64,000 bases of DNA from an uncultured Desulfurococcales archaeon (GCA_964496035.1 CAZBXI010000001.1:1126-65125), one strand, 5' to 3'; positions 30,095 through 40,690 are shown, numbered from the stretch's first letter. Made by a program: numbers and translations. Notes: generated by a model not told the origin, from the sequence alone.

Positions 30095-31456
30095 ATGGTT
30101 GCGAGAGAGAAGTATGACGTAGTCATAATTGGTGGCGGCGTTTCAGGGCTTTTCCTTTCAAGATTAATTGCTGAGAAAGGATATACTGTAGCCGTTGTCG
30201 AGATGAAACCCATGAACAAGATAGGGGAGAAAATTTGCGGTGATGCTGTAGATAGAAAATACTTTGCCAAGCTAGGGTTAAAAGAGCCTATGGGTAATGA
30301 AGTAGAAAATGTAGTAAAGGAAGTGAGAATTTACTCCCCTAGCGAAAAAGCTTTCCTAATAGTTAAAGGTGAGGGCTTTGAGCTAAATAGGAAAGTCTTT
30401 GGTCAGAGGTTATTGAAGGAGGCTTTAGAATCGGGTGTTATAGTTCTGGGTAGTAGCTGTTTGAAAAAAGCTGTTATTAAAAACAATGTAGTTACTGAAG
30501 TTATTATTCACGATGGAAATAGAGGAAGAGATGTTGTTCTTGAAGGTAGGGTGTTTGTTGATGCTAGTGGAATATCTGGGGCCCTTAGAACAAGACTTCC
30601 CAGTCACTGGTGGATTTCCGAGAAAATAAATGCATCAGAAACTGCAGTTGCCTATAGGGAAATAAGGGTTTTGAGCAAGGACATAGAAGACTATGATGCT
30701 TTACGAATTTACTTATCTCAAAAAATAACGCCTGGAGGTTATTGGTGGTTCTTCCCTAAGGGTCCTAGGAAGGTAAATATCGGCTTAGGTGTTCAAGGAG
30801 GTAGAGGATTAAACCCTATAAGGATATTTTACAAGCATATTGTTCCTAGAAAAGTTTTGAAAGGATCAAAAATAGTTAGTTATGGTAGTGGTGTAGTTCC
30901 AACAAGGAAACCTTTGAAAACCCTTGCTTTCTCTAATGTATTAGTCGTAGGTGATGCCGCATTCACTGCAAACCCTATTCATGGAGGTGGTATAGGTCCT
31001 TCCTTAACTTCAGCCTGGGCTGCGTCTAAGGCCATAGTAAATGCGCTTGAGCTGGGCATGATCTCTACAGGAACTCTATGGATTGCTAATAAACTGTATA
31101 TTGAAGCTTATGGAGCAAAACAAGGCTCATTAGACTTTTTAAGGATATTCTTACAGCGCCTAAGCGATAACGACTTAAATTACATTATAGAGAAAAAGGT
31201 TATTTCAGACGATGAATTTTTAGAGGTAAGCACGACAGGAGATTTAAGGCTAAGTCTTGTAGAAAAAATGCTTAAAGCAATTAAGTTTATTAGGAAAACA
31301 AGTTTATTATTCAAGCTTCGTATTCTTGCAGACTACATGAAGAAAGCTAAACAACACTACATGGCTTATCCAAATAATCCAAGAGACCTACCCAAATGGG
31401 AAAGCAAATTACTAAAGCTTTATAGGGAATTTGAAAGCAAACTAAGTATAACATAG
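30095..31456 (+). CDS. Digeranylgeranylglycerophospholipid reductase (GGR)
   Basis: GGGVSG, KICGDA, PGGYWWFFP, GDAA..ANPIHGGG. Confidence 0.9.
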   Translation: MVAREKYDVVIIGGGVSGLFLSRLIAEKGYTVAVVEMKPMNKIGEKICGDAVDRKYFAKLGLKEPMGNEVENVVKEVRIYSPSEKAFLIVKGEGFELNRKVFGQRLLKEALESGVIVLGSSCLKKAVIKNNVVTEVIIHDGNRGRDVVLEGRVFVDASGISGALRTRLPSHWWISEKINASETAVAYREIRVLSKDIEDYDALRIYLSQKITPGGYWWFFPKGPRKVNIGLGVQGGRGLNPIRIFYKHIVPRKVLKGSKIVSYGSGVVPTRKPLKTLAFSNVLVVGDAAFTANPIHGGGIGPSLTSAWAASKAIVNALELGMISTGTLWIANKLYIEAYGAKQGSLDFLRIFLQRLSDNDLNYIIEKKVISDDEFLEVSTTGDLRLSLVEKMLKAIKFIRKTSLLFKLRILADYMKKAKQHYMAYPNNPRDLPKWESKLLKLYREFESKLSIT

Positions 31457-31467
31457 GGGGTTTCATC

Positions 31468-31719
31468 ATGACATTTTACTGGCAGAGATGCGGGATATGT
31501 GGTAAATATTATCCAATAGATAAATGTTTCCTACATCCTGAAATATCTGTATGTGCTTACTGCTGCCTATTTTGTGCCGAAAGAAACCACTGTACGAAAC
31601 CAGCATGGTATTCTGCGGTAAAGCCAGTAACTAAAGAGGAAAAAGAGCGGAGAGAGAGGGAAGCTGCTGAGGAGAAGATACAAAAAGTGTTGGAAGAATT
31701 ACTGGGCAAGTTAGGATAA
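31468..31719 (+). CDS. Small Cys/His-rich zinc-binding protein
   Basis: CGIC, C..H, CAYCCLFC...C and a charged helical tail. Confidence 0.75.
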   Translation: MTFYWQRCGICGKYYPIDKCFLHPEISVCAYCCLFCAERNHCTKPAWYSAVKPVTKEEKERREREAAEEKIQKVLEELLGKLG

Positions 31720-31726
31720 TCCAATC

Positions 31727-32509
31727 TTAGGCCTTAGCTCTTGGAGCAACCCAGTATGTTAACGTTCCTCCTCCAGGTACATCGAAGACTATTTTCATAG
31801 GCATTGATGATCCAAATTCTAAAGTTACTGTTTCAGAGGCTGATGTAGCTTTAAGTGCAGCTTCTAATAGGTCTATACCGTATGTTGACCTAACTTCTGC
31901 TTCATTAACGACCATTGATATGAGGGGTCTATCAGGGAGTAATATATTGTAGTACTCTTTCTGAGGGGTTATTGTCCGAACTTCTATTTTATCTTGTGTT
32001 GCAATGAATTCTATTTCATCGCCTACTATTTTCGCATCCTTTATTATGTTTTTAAAGTCATCACTTACCATTCTAACGCTTACAGGTAACTCTATCTTTG
32101 GCTCAGGTAGTTTTTCAACAACACCTTCTCTTAAAGGCACATAGAACGTTCTTCTATAGCCCAGTTTCCTATCTATAAATGTTACCTTTAACCTCCTATA
32201 TTCTCTTTCAAGAGTTAACTCTAGCATGTCATTTCTTGACCCTCTTTTTACAGTTCTATTAAATTCATCGGCACTAGCAATGAATGTTACTTCTTTAGAG
32301 CATTCGTATTCTTCAAATGCTAATGAAGGTAAAGTAAGTATTATCATCGTGGTTTTATCTGGACTGAGAACTTTAACTGTGAGTCCGTTTTCATTTGCTG
32401 TAAAGGGTATTTCGCTAGCTATTTTTGCTAAAGTTTGGGCAATATATTTAAACTTAGATGCCGAAGGGTAGACTGCTCTAAAGTCCATAATAGTCACCAT
32501 ATAAATCAT
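31727..32509 (-). CDS. pcn: DNA sliding clamp PCNA subunit
   Basis: LSPDKTTM, FEEY, STYGIDLL, PMKIVF, YWVAPR. Confidence 0.92.
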   Translation of the reverse strand: MIYMVTIMDFRAVYPSASKFKYIAQTLAKIASEIPFTANENGLTVKVLSPDKTTMIILTLPSLAFEEYECSKEVTFIASADEFNRTVKRGSRNDMLELTLEREYRRLKVTFIDRKLGYRRTFYVPLREGVVEKLPEPKIELPVSVRMVSDDFKNIIKDAKIVGDEIEFIATQDKIEVRTITPQKEYYNILLPDRPLISMVVNEAEVRSTYGIDLLEAALKATSASETVTLEFGSSMPMKIVFDVPGGGTLTYWVAPRAKA

Positions 32510-32578
32510 ATATAGACTAAACCTTAAAATGTTATTCTAGTCTTAAAAATTATTGTAGCAGCTAGCGTTGGTGTCTAC

Positions 32579-32959
32579 ATGAAGTTGGATTTGAAGGTTC
32601 TGCTGGGAAATTATAAATACGTCGAACTTCATTTAGCGGATGCTCTGAAACTTCTTGGCATGCTTGAAGAAAAATTTCCGAATAAGATAAAGGATATTTC
32701 TGAGGTTCGACGCATTATAGAGAACTTTGATGTATTTTACGATATTGCCAAGAGAAAATTTAAAGATTATATTTTAATACCGCATGAGCCTAGCGATATG
32801 CTACTTGGTAGAGTGTTATTTGATAAGGTTAAGCTCATAAGAACGAGTAACGCTAAGAAGATAGGTTTATTTTTCGATAAAAATATTAAGCTAAAAGATA
32901 TAGTTGAGGCACTAAAGAGTTTAGGTTTTGAAGTTAATGTCATTGAAAGCTCTATTTGA
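32579..32959 (+). CDS. Hypothetical protein
   Basis: 126-aa ORF with GGTG SD. Confidence 0.7.
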   Translation: MKLDLKVLLGNYKYVELHLADALKLLGMLEEKFPNKIKDISEVRRIIENFDVFYDIAKRKFKDYILIPHEPSDMLLGRVLFDKVKLIRTSNAKKIGLFFDKNIKLKDIVEALKSLGFEVNVIESSI

Positions 32960-32962
32960 ACA

Positions 32963-33199
32963 TTACTTTCTCTTTCTTCTCTTAGGTTTAGGTTTGACCC
33001 TAGCTTTCTTAGCCTTTATGAGTTCTTTTATTGACATTTTTCCTCCAAGAATGTTTTCCCAAAACTCTGTTATTTCAATGAAAAACTCTAGATCTTGAAT
33101 AGAAAATTCTTCTCCATATTCTTCTTCGGCAATCACCTCAGTTATCTCAGTACGTGCTCTCTCTGTTTCCTCAGACAATTCCTCTGTTTCAGAAGTCAA
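32963..33199 (-). CDS. rpo13: RNA polymerase subunit Rpo13
   Basis: Acidic N-terminus, core FSIQDLEFFIEITEFWENILGGKMSI resembling Sulfolobus LSIQDIELLMKNTEIWDNLLNGKISV as recalled, basic C-terminal tail. Confidence 0.85.
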   Translation of the reverse strand: MTSETEELSEETERARTEITEVIAEEEYGEEFSIQDLEFFIEITEFWENILGGKMSIKELIKAKKARVKPKPKRRKRK

Positions 33200-33285
33200 T
33201 AGTATTTAAACCTCCCGCGCTATTGTTTGAAAGCTTATTTGCAACATTTAGTATTTTAAGGAAGTTTAAAAGTATTATTGCTGAG

Positions 33286-35106
33286 TTAGATTTCTATTTT
33301 CACTATGGCGGGTTCTGCTAGTCTACTATCTCTTACTATAGCATAGAATCTAGGCATATAATAAAGTGCTTCCTTAAAAATTTCCAGCCTATTTTCCGAA
33401 ATATATCCTGCTAAGGTCTTAGCCATATAGTCTAAGTTTTCTGGTTCAGAAAGTTTAAAGGATATTTTTAATGCACTATTTGCTATTATGCCTTCATCTA
33501 TGTCTAGTGGTTGCTGCGTTATTATTATGAAGCCTATACCATACTTCCTACTTTCCATCATTAGTCTCGCTACTAGAGAAGGTTCTGTGCTTCTTCTACA
33601 TATTCTATGGGCTTCATCAATAACTATGTAGTGTGATAATCCCATACTCTCTCCTGAAACATACATGTAATGAGCTATTTTTCTTAGCAATGTTTCTGAG
33701 AGAATAGCTTTCACGTGGTCCCCAGGTAGATTAGCCATAGCTATTACGCTAGGTTTACTAAGAATATCTGAGAAGCTTATTGTTGTTTCCCTAAATATAG
33801 ATGTAGACAATAATCTGATGTATGGTTTTAATCCTTCATATCTTGATCTTTCACCACTACTTCTAGCATATTCTATTCTTTTCTCTATAACCCTAAGTAG
33901 TGTCAGAAACGTCGGGGGTTTAAATTTCCATGTTTCAGGGTCATCATTTACTATTCCTTTTTCAGCATAAGCTTCTTCTAAAAGATCTTCAAGAACAGCT
34001 CTTTGAAGGTTACCTAGCCTAAATACGCGTTGTATAGTGTCCGCTACTTGAACTATTCTTTCTCTTGGAGAACACTCGTCAAGTTCTAAAGGATTTATAG
34101 ATATTTTAGAAGCATCTACTACTATACCGCCAAGTTCCTCAATAACTTTAACGTATTCGTTATGTGGATCTATAACTAAGCATGGTATTGCCCATTGATA
34201 GTAAAGTTCCTTTATTAGTTTTTTAGCTAGGCTTGATTTACCTGTGCCACTACTTCCAGCTATCAAAATGTGGTAATTTATTTGAGAATAAGGGTTATAA
34301 GTGTATGTTCCTGATTCAACTCTCCAATACCAGCTTGGCGACTTGGGTATGTGAAGTTTTTCCTTTAACCATACATTAGCTGGTTTACCGTACACCAATC
34401 TAGAAACTATTCTACCTATCTTAACACCTTCTATTGCCTTTTCCTCTTCCACCATGCTTTCAGTTGCAACACCTTTAAACATCGCGTATGGGAGAGAAAT
34501 CCATGAAGCTATAGCATATAGGTTCCTGCTTATTTTATGACCTTTTAGAACAAGTAGTGATAAAGAGAATATTACTCCAAGAATATACACTATCTCTTCG
34601 TAGAACCCCATAGGCTTAACTAATGTTATGAGAGAGGCGATAGCTATTATAATAAATGACTTAGCTAGTAGAGTTTTCTGAAAGCCCTTTATAGATATTT
34701 TTAGGTCTTTTATTCTATCGATTACTATGTCTCCTCTTTTAAGAATTAAGCTCCATGAGTAGTAGGATGCTATGAAGGCTGAAAACGTTATAGCGTAAGT
34801 TACAGGGTTTCCAACAATGTTGTCTATATTCATCATTAACATAGCCAATTTATACTCAGGAGTAAACATTAAACATATGCTTAATACCTTCTTTACGGTT
34901 AACAGTGAAAGTATAGCTGAGAATGTTTCTGTTAGCGCTGCTATCGGAGATTCAAGAATTATAGACGCAACTATTAGAGATAACGAAATGAAGGCCCATA
35001 TCACATATATGTTCGCTATAATAAATGCTTGAATGTTAGATGCTAAGTAAAGTATTATAATTAACTGAGCTACAGCTATCAAAGTACATTTTAATCCTAG
35101 ATCCAT
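33286..35106 (-). CDS. Membrane-anchored HerA/VirD4-like ATPase (CedD-like)
   Basis: About 7 N-terminal TM helices; GSSGTGKS, IDPHNEY, INPL, DEAH, ESRKYG, TQQP. Confidence 0.85.
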   Translation of the reverse strand: MDLGLKCTLIAVAQLIIILYLASNIQAFIIANIYVIWAFISLSLIVASIILESPIAALTETFSAILSLLTVKKVLSICLMFTPEYKLAMLMMNIDNIVGNPVTYAITFSAFIASYYSWSLILKRGDIVIDRIKDLKISIKGFQKTLLAKSFIIIAIASLITLVKPMGFYEEIVYILGVIFSLSLLVLKGHKISRNLYAIASWISLPYAMFKGVATESMVEEEKAIEGVKIGRIVSRLVYGKPANVWLKEKLHIPKSPSWYWRVESGTYTYNPYSQINYHILIAGSSGTGKSSLAKKLIKELYYQWAIPCLVIDPHNEYVKVIEELGGIVVDASKISINPLELDECSPRERIVQVADTIQRVFRLGNLQRAVLEDLLEEAYAEKGIVNDDPETWKFKPPTFLTLLRVIEKRIEYARSSGERSRYEGLKPYIRLLSTSIFRETTISFSDILSKPSVIAMANLPGDHVKAILSETLLRKIAHYMYVSGESMGLSHYIVIDEAHRICRRSTEPSLVARLMMESRKYGIGFIIITQQPLDIDEGIIANSALKISFKLSEPENLDYMAKTLAGYISENRLEIFKEALYYMPRFYAIVRDSRLAEPAIVKIEI

Positions 35107-35202
35107 GGCTTATTTTTCCCACAATAAAAGTTAAAGATAAAATATTAAATAACCCTAACCACTTATTAGCTTGAAATACGGAAGCAGAAATACTGTATTC
35201 AA

Positions 35203-38025
35203 TTGATTGCAATGAGTTTCACTACGTTTGAAGATTTAGGTTTAAATAGGAAACTAGTTAATGTAATTAAGAAATTCGGATACGTAGAGCCTACTAGGAT
35301 TCAGAGAAAAGCCATTCCGCTTATTCTTGAAGGCCACCATACACTTATAGTTAGTACTACAGGATCAGGAAAAACTGAAGCTTCATTGTTTCCAATATAT
35401 TCTAAAATACTAAACTCGGGCCTTGAAAAAACAAGTAATATTTATTGCATCTACATTACTCCGCTACGAGCCCTAAATAGGGATATTATGAGGAGAATGG
35501 GAGAGATAGGTAAAGCCTTAAATATAAAGGTCTCGGTACGGCATGGCGATACACCGAAGAATGAACGAAGAAAAATAATTAGAAACCCTCCTCACATCAT
35601 CATAACTACTCCTGAAACTTTCCAATTCATTCTAGTTGGTCCACGTTTAAGAGAACTACTTAAGAATGTCAAATGGGTTATTATAGATGAACTTCACGAA
35701 CTCATATGCAGCAAAAGAGGTACCTCACTTGCCGTGGCTTTGGAAAGACTTTCTGCTCTTTCTAATAGGAGAGTGCAGAGAATAGGGCTTTCAGCTACTA
35801 TAGGGGATATTGATTTGGCCAAAAGATTTCTTGGAGGATTTAGGAAAGTTAAAGTTGTTACCGAGGATATTAAGAAACCCATGTCTATAATTGTGGATTA
35901 TCCCCGATCTACATCACATGATCATTTATCGGAAATTCATGCCATTAAACCCGAGTTTATTGCAAGACTTAGAAAGATGAAAGATTTCATAGAGAAAGCA
36001 AATTTAACTATAGTTTTTACTAACACCAGAGATCTTGCCGAGATCATAAGCCTAAGTCTTAAAGACATATTCGGCGTCAATACCTTAGTTCATCACGGAA
36101 GTTTATCTAGAGAAGTAAGGTTAGAAGCTGAAGAAATGCTTAGGAAAAAAGCTGTAAAAGCTGTGGTTGCAACATCATCCCTTGAATTAGGGATAGACGT
36201 AGGCTATATAGATTTAGTTATTCAATATGGCTCTCCTAGGCAAGCTATTAAGCTTATACATAGGATAGGTAGAAGCGGACATAGGGAATTTGAGACCTCT
36301 AAGGGTGTAATAATTCCAGCAGGAGGTCTTGACGACATTTTAGAATCTGCTGTGATTGCTAGAAGAGCACTGAACGGGTTTCTAGAAAAGCCTATTGTGC
36401 CAACTCGATCTTTAGACGTACTAGCACATCAAGTTGTAGGTCTAACTCTAGAATATGGAGCCTTAAGCATAGATAAAGCCTTTTCCATAATTAACAAGGC
36501 CTATCCATACCGAGGTCTTGACTATGAAATATTTAGAGAGCTTATTACATTTCTTAATGAAATTGGTCTTATAAGATATGATGGAGGATTTTTAAAAAGG
36601 ACAGCTAGGTCGTGGAAATATTATTACGAGGTCACTATGATACCTGATGTAAGACAATACATAGTTAAAGATGTAGTATCCGGCCGGGTTATTGGTGTTC
36701 TTGATGAGAAATTCGTAATCACCAATTGTGACGTAGGTTCTAAGTTTGTTCTTTCGGGAATGGTATGGGAAGTTATTAGTATTGATGAAGAATGTGTTCA
36801 TGTAAAGCCATCCATTAAAGGCATAGGTGTTTTACCGTGGTGGGAAGGAGAACTGATACCAGTAGATTTTAAAGTTGCTAGAGAAGTTGGTGCTTTTAAA
36901 AGAAGAGTTATGGTTAATGATCTTTCGGTTTTGAACATGTATCCCTTAAGCAAAGAAGCGAAGAATGCTATCTTAGAGAAAATACATTGTCAGAAAAAGG
37001 AAGTAGGCTTTATTCCCTCCGACAAACATGTAGTTATAGAGTCTTTAGGGAAAATCACCATAATTCATGTACATCTGGGTAGCAGAGGGACGTTCACTTT
37101 ATCCACTATCATTTCTTACATTTTAAGAAACATGGGTTTTAATGCCGTTCTCAGAAGCGACCCTTACAGGATATTCATTATTCCAAGTAAACCCATAAGA
37201 GCTAGCCTTGTAGCTAAAATACTGAAAAACCTTAGTACCATTAGCGAAGAGGCGTTCAAAGAAATACTGGAAAATGAACTTAAGAGAACTAAGCTTTTTA
37301 AATGGTACTTATTTAATGTAGCTAAACGCTTTGGCGCAATAAGACCTGGTATCCCATATAATGTTGTGTCAAGGATTTTACCTGCATATGAGAATACATT
37401 AATGGGAGTAGAAGCTCTCAACGAAATCATCACGTTTAAGACAGACTTAAATTCTACATTAAAAGTATTAAGAGATATAAAGGAGGGGAAGGTGAAGATC
37501 TTAGTTTATGAGAGAAATGATCCTATGCCTCTAACAGCTGAGATTTTAGGTAGCCAAATAACGTTCATGGAAGCTGCATATGAAATACCTTCAATCGTCA
37601 AAGTGTTTAAAGAGAGATTACTTAGCAAAAGAGTTAAACTGGCATGTATAAAATGTGGATCAGTTCTCGGTATTATTAGAATAAAAGATCTTCCAGAAAG
37701 GTTACATTGTAGAAAGTGTGGTTCCGGTCTTCTAACAGTGCTTTCACCTGATGATAGAGAAGTAGAGGACGTTATTAGGAAGAGGATAAGAGGTTTAAAA
37801 TTAAATCCCTACGAGAAAAGTATCTTAAGAGATGAAATACTTAAAGCGGACCTTGTTCTAAGATTTGGAAGATATGCAGTATTAGCTCTCTCAACGTACG
37901 GCGTAGGTCCGAAAACCGCCGCTAAAGTATTAGGCGAGCTCGTTTACGGCGAGGATAACTTCTATAAGGCTTTGCTTAAAGCTGAAATAGATTTTATTAG
38001 AACTAGGAAATATTGGGACACTTAG
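35203..38025 (+). CDS. lhr: Lhr-like helicase with C-terminal zinc finger
   Basis: TGSGKT, TPLRAL, DELH, SLELGID, HRIGRSGH, WWEGE; CIKC...CRKC; GVGP. Confidence 0.95.
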   Translation: MIAMSFTTFEDLGLNRKLVNVIKKFGYVEPTRIQRKAIPLILEGHHTLIVSTTGSGKTEASLFPIYSKILNSGLEKTSNIYCIYITPLRALNRDIMRRMGEIGKALNIKVSVRHGDTPKNERRKIIRNPPHIIITTPETFQFILVGPRLRELLKNVKWVIIDELHELICSKRGTSLAVALERLSALSNRRVQRIGLSATIGDIDLAKRFLGGFRKVKVVTEDIKKPMSIIVDYPRSTSHDHLSEIHAIKPEFIARLRKMKDFIEKANLTIVFTNTRDLAEIISLSLKDIFGVNTLVHHGSLSREVRLEAEEMLRKKAVKAVVATSSLELGIDVGYIDLVIQYGSPRQAIKLIHRIGRSGHREFETSKGVIIPAGGLDDILESAVIARRALNGFLEKPIVPTRSLDVLAHQVVGLTLEYGALSIDKAFSIINKAYPYRGLDYEIFRELITFLNEIGLIRYDGGFLKRTARSWKYYYEVTMIPDVRQYIVKDVVSGRVIGVLDEKFVITNCDVGSKFVLSGMVWEVISIDEECVHVKPSIKGIGVLPWWEGELIPVDFKVAREVGAFKRRVMVNDLSVLNMYPLSKEAKNAILEKIHCQKKEVGFIPSDKHVVIESLGKITIIHVHLGSRGTFTLSTIISYILRNMGFNAVLRSDPYRIFIIPSKPIRASLVAKILKNLSTISEEAFKEILENELKRTKLFKWYLFNVAKRFGAIRPGIPYNVVSRILPAYENTLMGVEALNEIITFKTDLNSTLKVLRDIKEGKVKILVYERNDPMPLTAEILGSQITFMEAAYEIPSIVKVFKERLLSKRVKLACIKCGSVLGIIRIKDLPERLHCRKCGSGLLTVLSPDDREVEDVIRKRIRGLKLNPYEKSILRDEILKADLVLRFGRYAVLALSTYGVGPKTAAKVLGELVYGEDNFYKALLKAEIDFIRTRKYWDT

Positions 38026-39976
38026 TTGCTAGCTTTACTCTTAAGAGTTTCTCCAGGAACTTAGCTACCTCTTCCCTTTTCCTCTTAGTTTCTCTTCTCC
38101 ACGCATCATATTTATTTAGGATTAGAGCACTCACTATTTTCTCAACCATAACATCCGCTATCGGACATACGTCTAAACATGCTCTACACATAATACACGT
38201 TATAGGGTTAACTAGAACTTCATGGTTTTCGCCTATGCTTACTGATCCTGTAGGACACAGTGTTACGCAGGATAAGCATTCCGTACAGTACATACTTCTA
38301 TAAGTAAGTTTAACAGCATCTAATGTTTCCTCAAGTACGTTATTCTTTGCTCTAACACTTAAGGTTCCTCTCTCGCTAAAAACGTACGTTACATCCTTGC
38401 TATCGTTCTTAACTATAAGTATTTTCTCTCTTCTTACTACATTTTTCCCCAATATACTGCATGTTTTCTCTATTTTGCTTAAATCTATACCCTTAGAGAA
38501 CAATATATTGGCTTTTTCATCGCTAATGCTAGTTTCGACTATGTACATGTCTAGCCATGCTCTGTACTGTTCACGCCATTTCTCAACGAATTCTCTATGC
38601 TTCTTAGCCAAGACTTTCTTAGGAGTGGCCGGTCCTAGCCATCTCCATAAACCAAGAGTTACCCATTCTTTCGGAGCGTTAATTCTTTTTGCCCATTTAT
38701 AAAGGAACGATTCCCACTTGTTCCACAGTGTAGGATGGGTTTTCTTCACTACTTCGAACTCTGCCAGTCTGCTTGCTGGGCACATGTAACAACCTATTCT
38801 ATCAAAACCCATGTAGTATAGTGGATTCGCTTTGAGTTTATTTCTAAATATGTATAGCCATATAGCTAATTGGTTCCAATATTGGATAGGAGATATACTT
38901 ATTATAGTTGGTATCCATTTATTCCTCCATATTCTTGGACTTCTAGCTCTATCAAGAGACTCGTATGCTCTTTGCCCTACTATGTTGAGTATTCCGCTAG
39001 GATAGTTTTTCAGTATTTTTCTAGCTAAAGGTACCAATTTAGCTACCTTACAACACCACCTATAGTCTCTTGCCGGTGGCCCATAGAATTTTACAGATTC
39101 CCAAAAAGCATTTCCTGCATCTGCTACTTCTAAGTCTAGACCGTAACGGTCTGCTACTTCATGAACTGTTTTCACGGTTTCAGGAAGTTCAATACCTGTG
39201 TCGTTAAATAGAAGTGGACAATCACCTAGACTTCGTAGAGTTAAATGCAGCGAAACCAGACTATCTTTACCTCCAGAAAATGAGACTATAACTTTTTTAG
39301 AGATTTTAGTATGCATTTTTTCAAGAAATTTCGTAGCTTTCTGTATCATGCTATCCAGATGGTCTTCATTTGCCCTAATTACGTCTTCTAAAGTAGCTTT
39401 TCTTGCGCTTGTTTCGAAGTAGAACTTCTGCTTATAAACTTTAATTATTTTTATCTTGTTTTTAGATATAACTTTAGCCAGTCCTACGGGTTCCTCCTTA
39501 GTATTTACTAGTACTACATGATGCTGTTTTTCTAAAGGAGCTGGTAGGGTAATTATTTGAGCGGGCTTTATCTTTTCTCGAATAGTTAATATTTCTATAA
39601 CGTCTTTCTCTATTAGCCTTAAAGCCCCGTAGTATGATGGTCTAAACTCCCATTTACTTTCAAACGGATTATATAACATTATACCGAAAATATTACCATC
39701 AACTATTACTTCCTTGGCATCATCTATGTGTGTTGTTTTATTGAGTAGAATTACTCTCTCATAAAAGAACCTAGATTTGGACTTTTCCATACTTAGCGCA
39801 TTTAAAAGCTGATTTATATCATGTTCGAACGCTATCCTAACATCTCCGGGTTCTCTAAGCTTTAGTTCGTAACCTTCTCCACCACACTTGCAACATCGAC
39901 TACTTAGAAGGGGAACATTACATACAGGACACCAATACGTTCTCGCTATTAAGGGCCAATGCTTCTTAAAGACCAC
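38003..39976 (-). CDS. PAPS-reductase-family PP-loop protein with Zn ribbon, PUA-like region and 2[4Fe-4S] ferredoxin domain
   Basis: CPVC..CCKC; SGGKDS; WCCKVAK; RIGCYMCP; CTECLSCVTLCP and CIMCRACLDVCP. Confidence 0.88.
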   Translation of the reverse strand: MVFKKHWPLIARTYWCPVCNVPLLSSRCCKCGGEGYELKLREPGDVRIAFEHDINQLLNALSMEKSKSRFFYERVILLNKTTHIDDAKEVIVDGNIFGIMLYNPFESKWEFRPSYYGALRLIEKDVIEILTIREKIKPAQIITLPAPLEKQHHVVLVNTKEEPVGLAKVISKNKIKIIKVYKQKFYFETSARKATLEDVIRANEDHLDSMIQKATKFLEKMHTKISKKVIVSFSGGKDSLVSLHLTLRSLGDCPLLFNDTGIELPETVKTVHEVADRYGLDLEVADAGNAFWESVKFYGPPARDYRWCCKVAKLVPLARKILKNYPSGILNIVGQRAYESLDRARSPRIWRNKWIPTIISISPIQYWNQLAIWLYIFRNKLKANPLYYMGFDRIGCYMCPASRLAEFEVVKKTHPTLWNKWESFLYKWAKRINAPKEWVTLGLWRWLGPATPKKVLAKKHREFVEKWREQYRAWLDMYIVETSISDEKANILFSKGIDLSKIEKTCSILGKNVVRREKILIVKNDSKDVTYVFSERGTLSVRAKNNVLEETLDAVKLTYRSMYCTECLSCVTLCPTGSVSIGENHEVLVNPITCIMCRACLDVCPIADVMVEKIVSALILNKYDAWRRETKRKREEVAKFLEKLLRVKLATKCPNIS

Positions 39977-40690
39977 TTAGTTTTTCCTCTCGTATTCTTT
40001 CTTCTTTCTCTCATAGTTTTCTCTGCTATCTATTATTTTTGCTGGTACGCCTGCTACAACAACGCCTTCAGGAACATCTTTTGTAACGACAGCCCCTGCC
40101 GCTACTACCGAGTTCTTACCTATCTTCACTCCTGCAATAATGACTGCATTGGCACCTATGACCGCGTCATCTTCTATAGTAACTCCGCAGAGTCTTCTGC
40201 TCGGAGGATATTTGTCATTAGTTATAATTACGTTCGGGCCTAGGAAGACGTTATTTCCTATTATAGTTTTAGGTGGTATATAGACGTTTGATTGTACGCT
40301 AACATTATTACCTATAGTTACATAACCATCAATTATAGATTGTGTACCTATCTTCGTATTACTACCTATAATCACATGTTCCCTAATGAGAACATTGTGG
40401 CCTGTTTCTACGTTATTTCCAAGTATAGTTTCCTCGTATACTATCGTGTTTGCTCTAATTATGCAGTTTTCACCTATCTTTGATCCATTACTTATTTCAT
40501 CATATAGTTTAAATGGTTTTATGTTACGTAGCTTATCTAGTGCACTAATTATCTTCTTTCTCGTAGGATAACCTACAATGACATTATTTCCCAGTATAGT
40601 GTGTTTACCAATTATGGATTTACCTAAAACTACTACATCTCCTTCCAATATGGTAGCGCTTAGAATAGCTTTATGTGATATGTAGAACAC
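39977..40690 (-). CDS. Hexapeptide-repeat acyltransferase
   Basis: Left-handed beta-helix repeats, TNDKYP, VVAGVPA. Confidence 0.9.
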   Translation of the reverse strand: MFYISHKAILSATILEGDVVVLGKSIIGKHTILGNNVIVGYPTRKKIISALDKLRNIKPFKLYDEISNGSKIGENCIIRANTIVYEETILGNNVETGHNVLIREHVIIGSNTKIGTQSIIDGYVTIGNNVSVQSNVYIPPKTIIGNNVFLGPNVIITNDKYPPSRRLCGVTIEDDAVIGANAVIIAGVKIGKNSVVAAGAVVTKDVPEGVVVAGVPAKIIDSRENYERKKKEYERKN

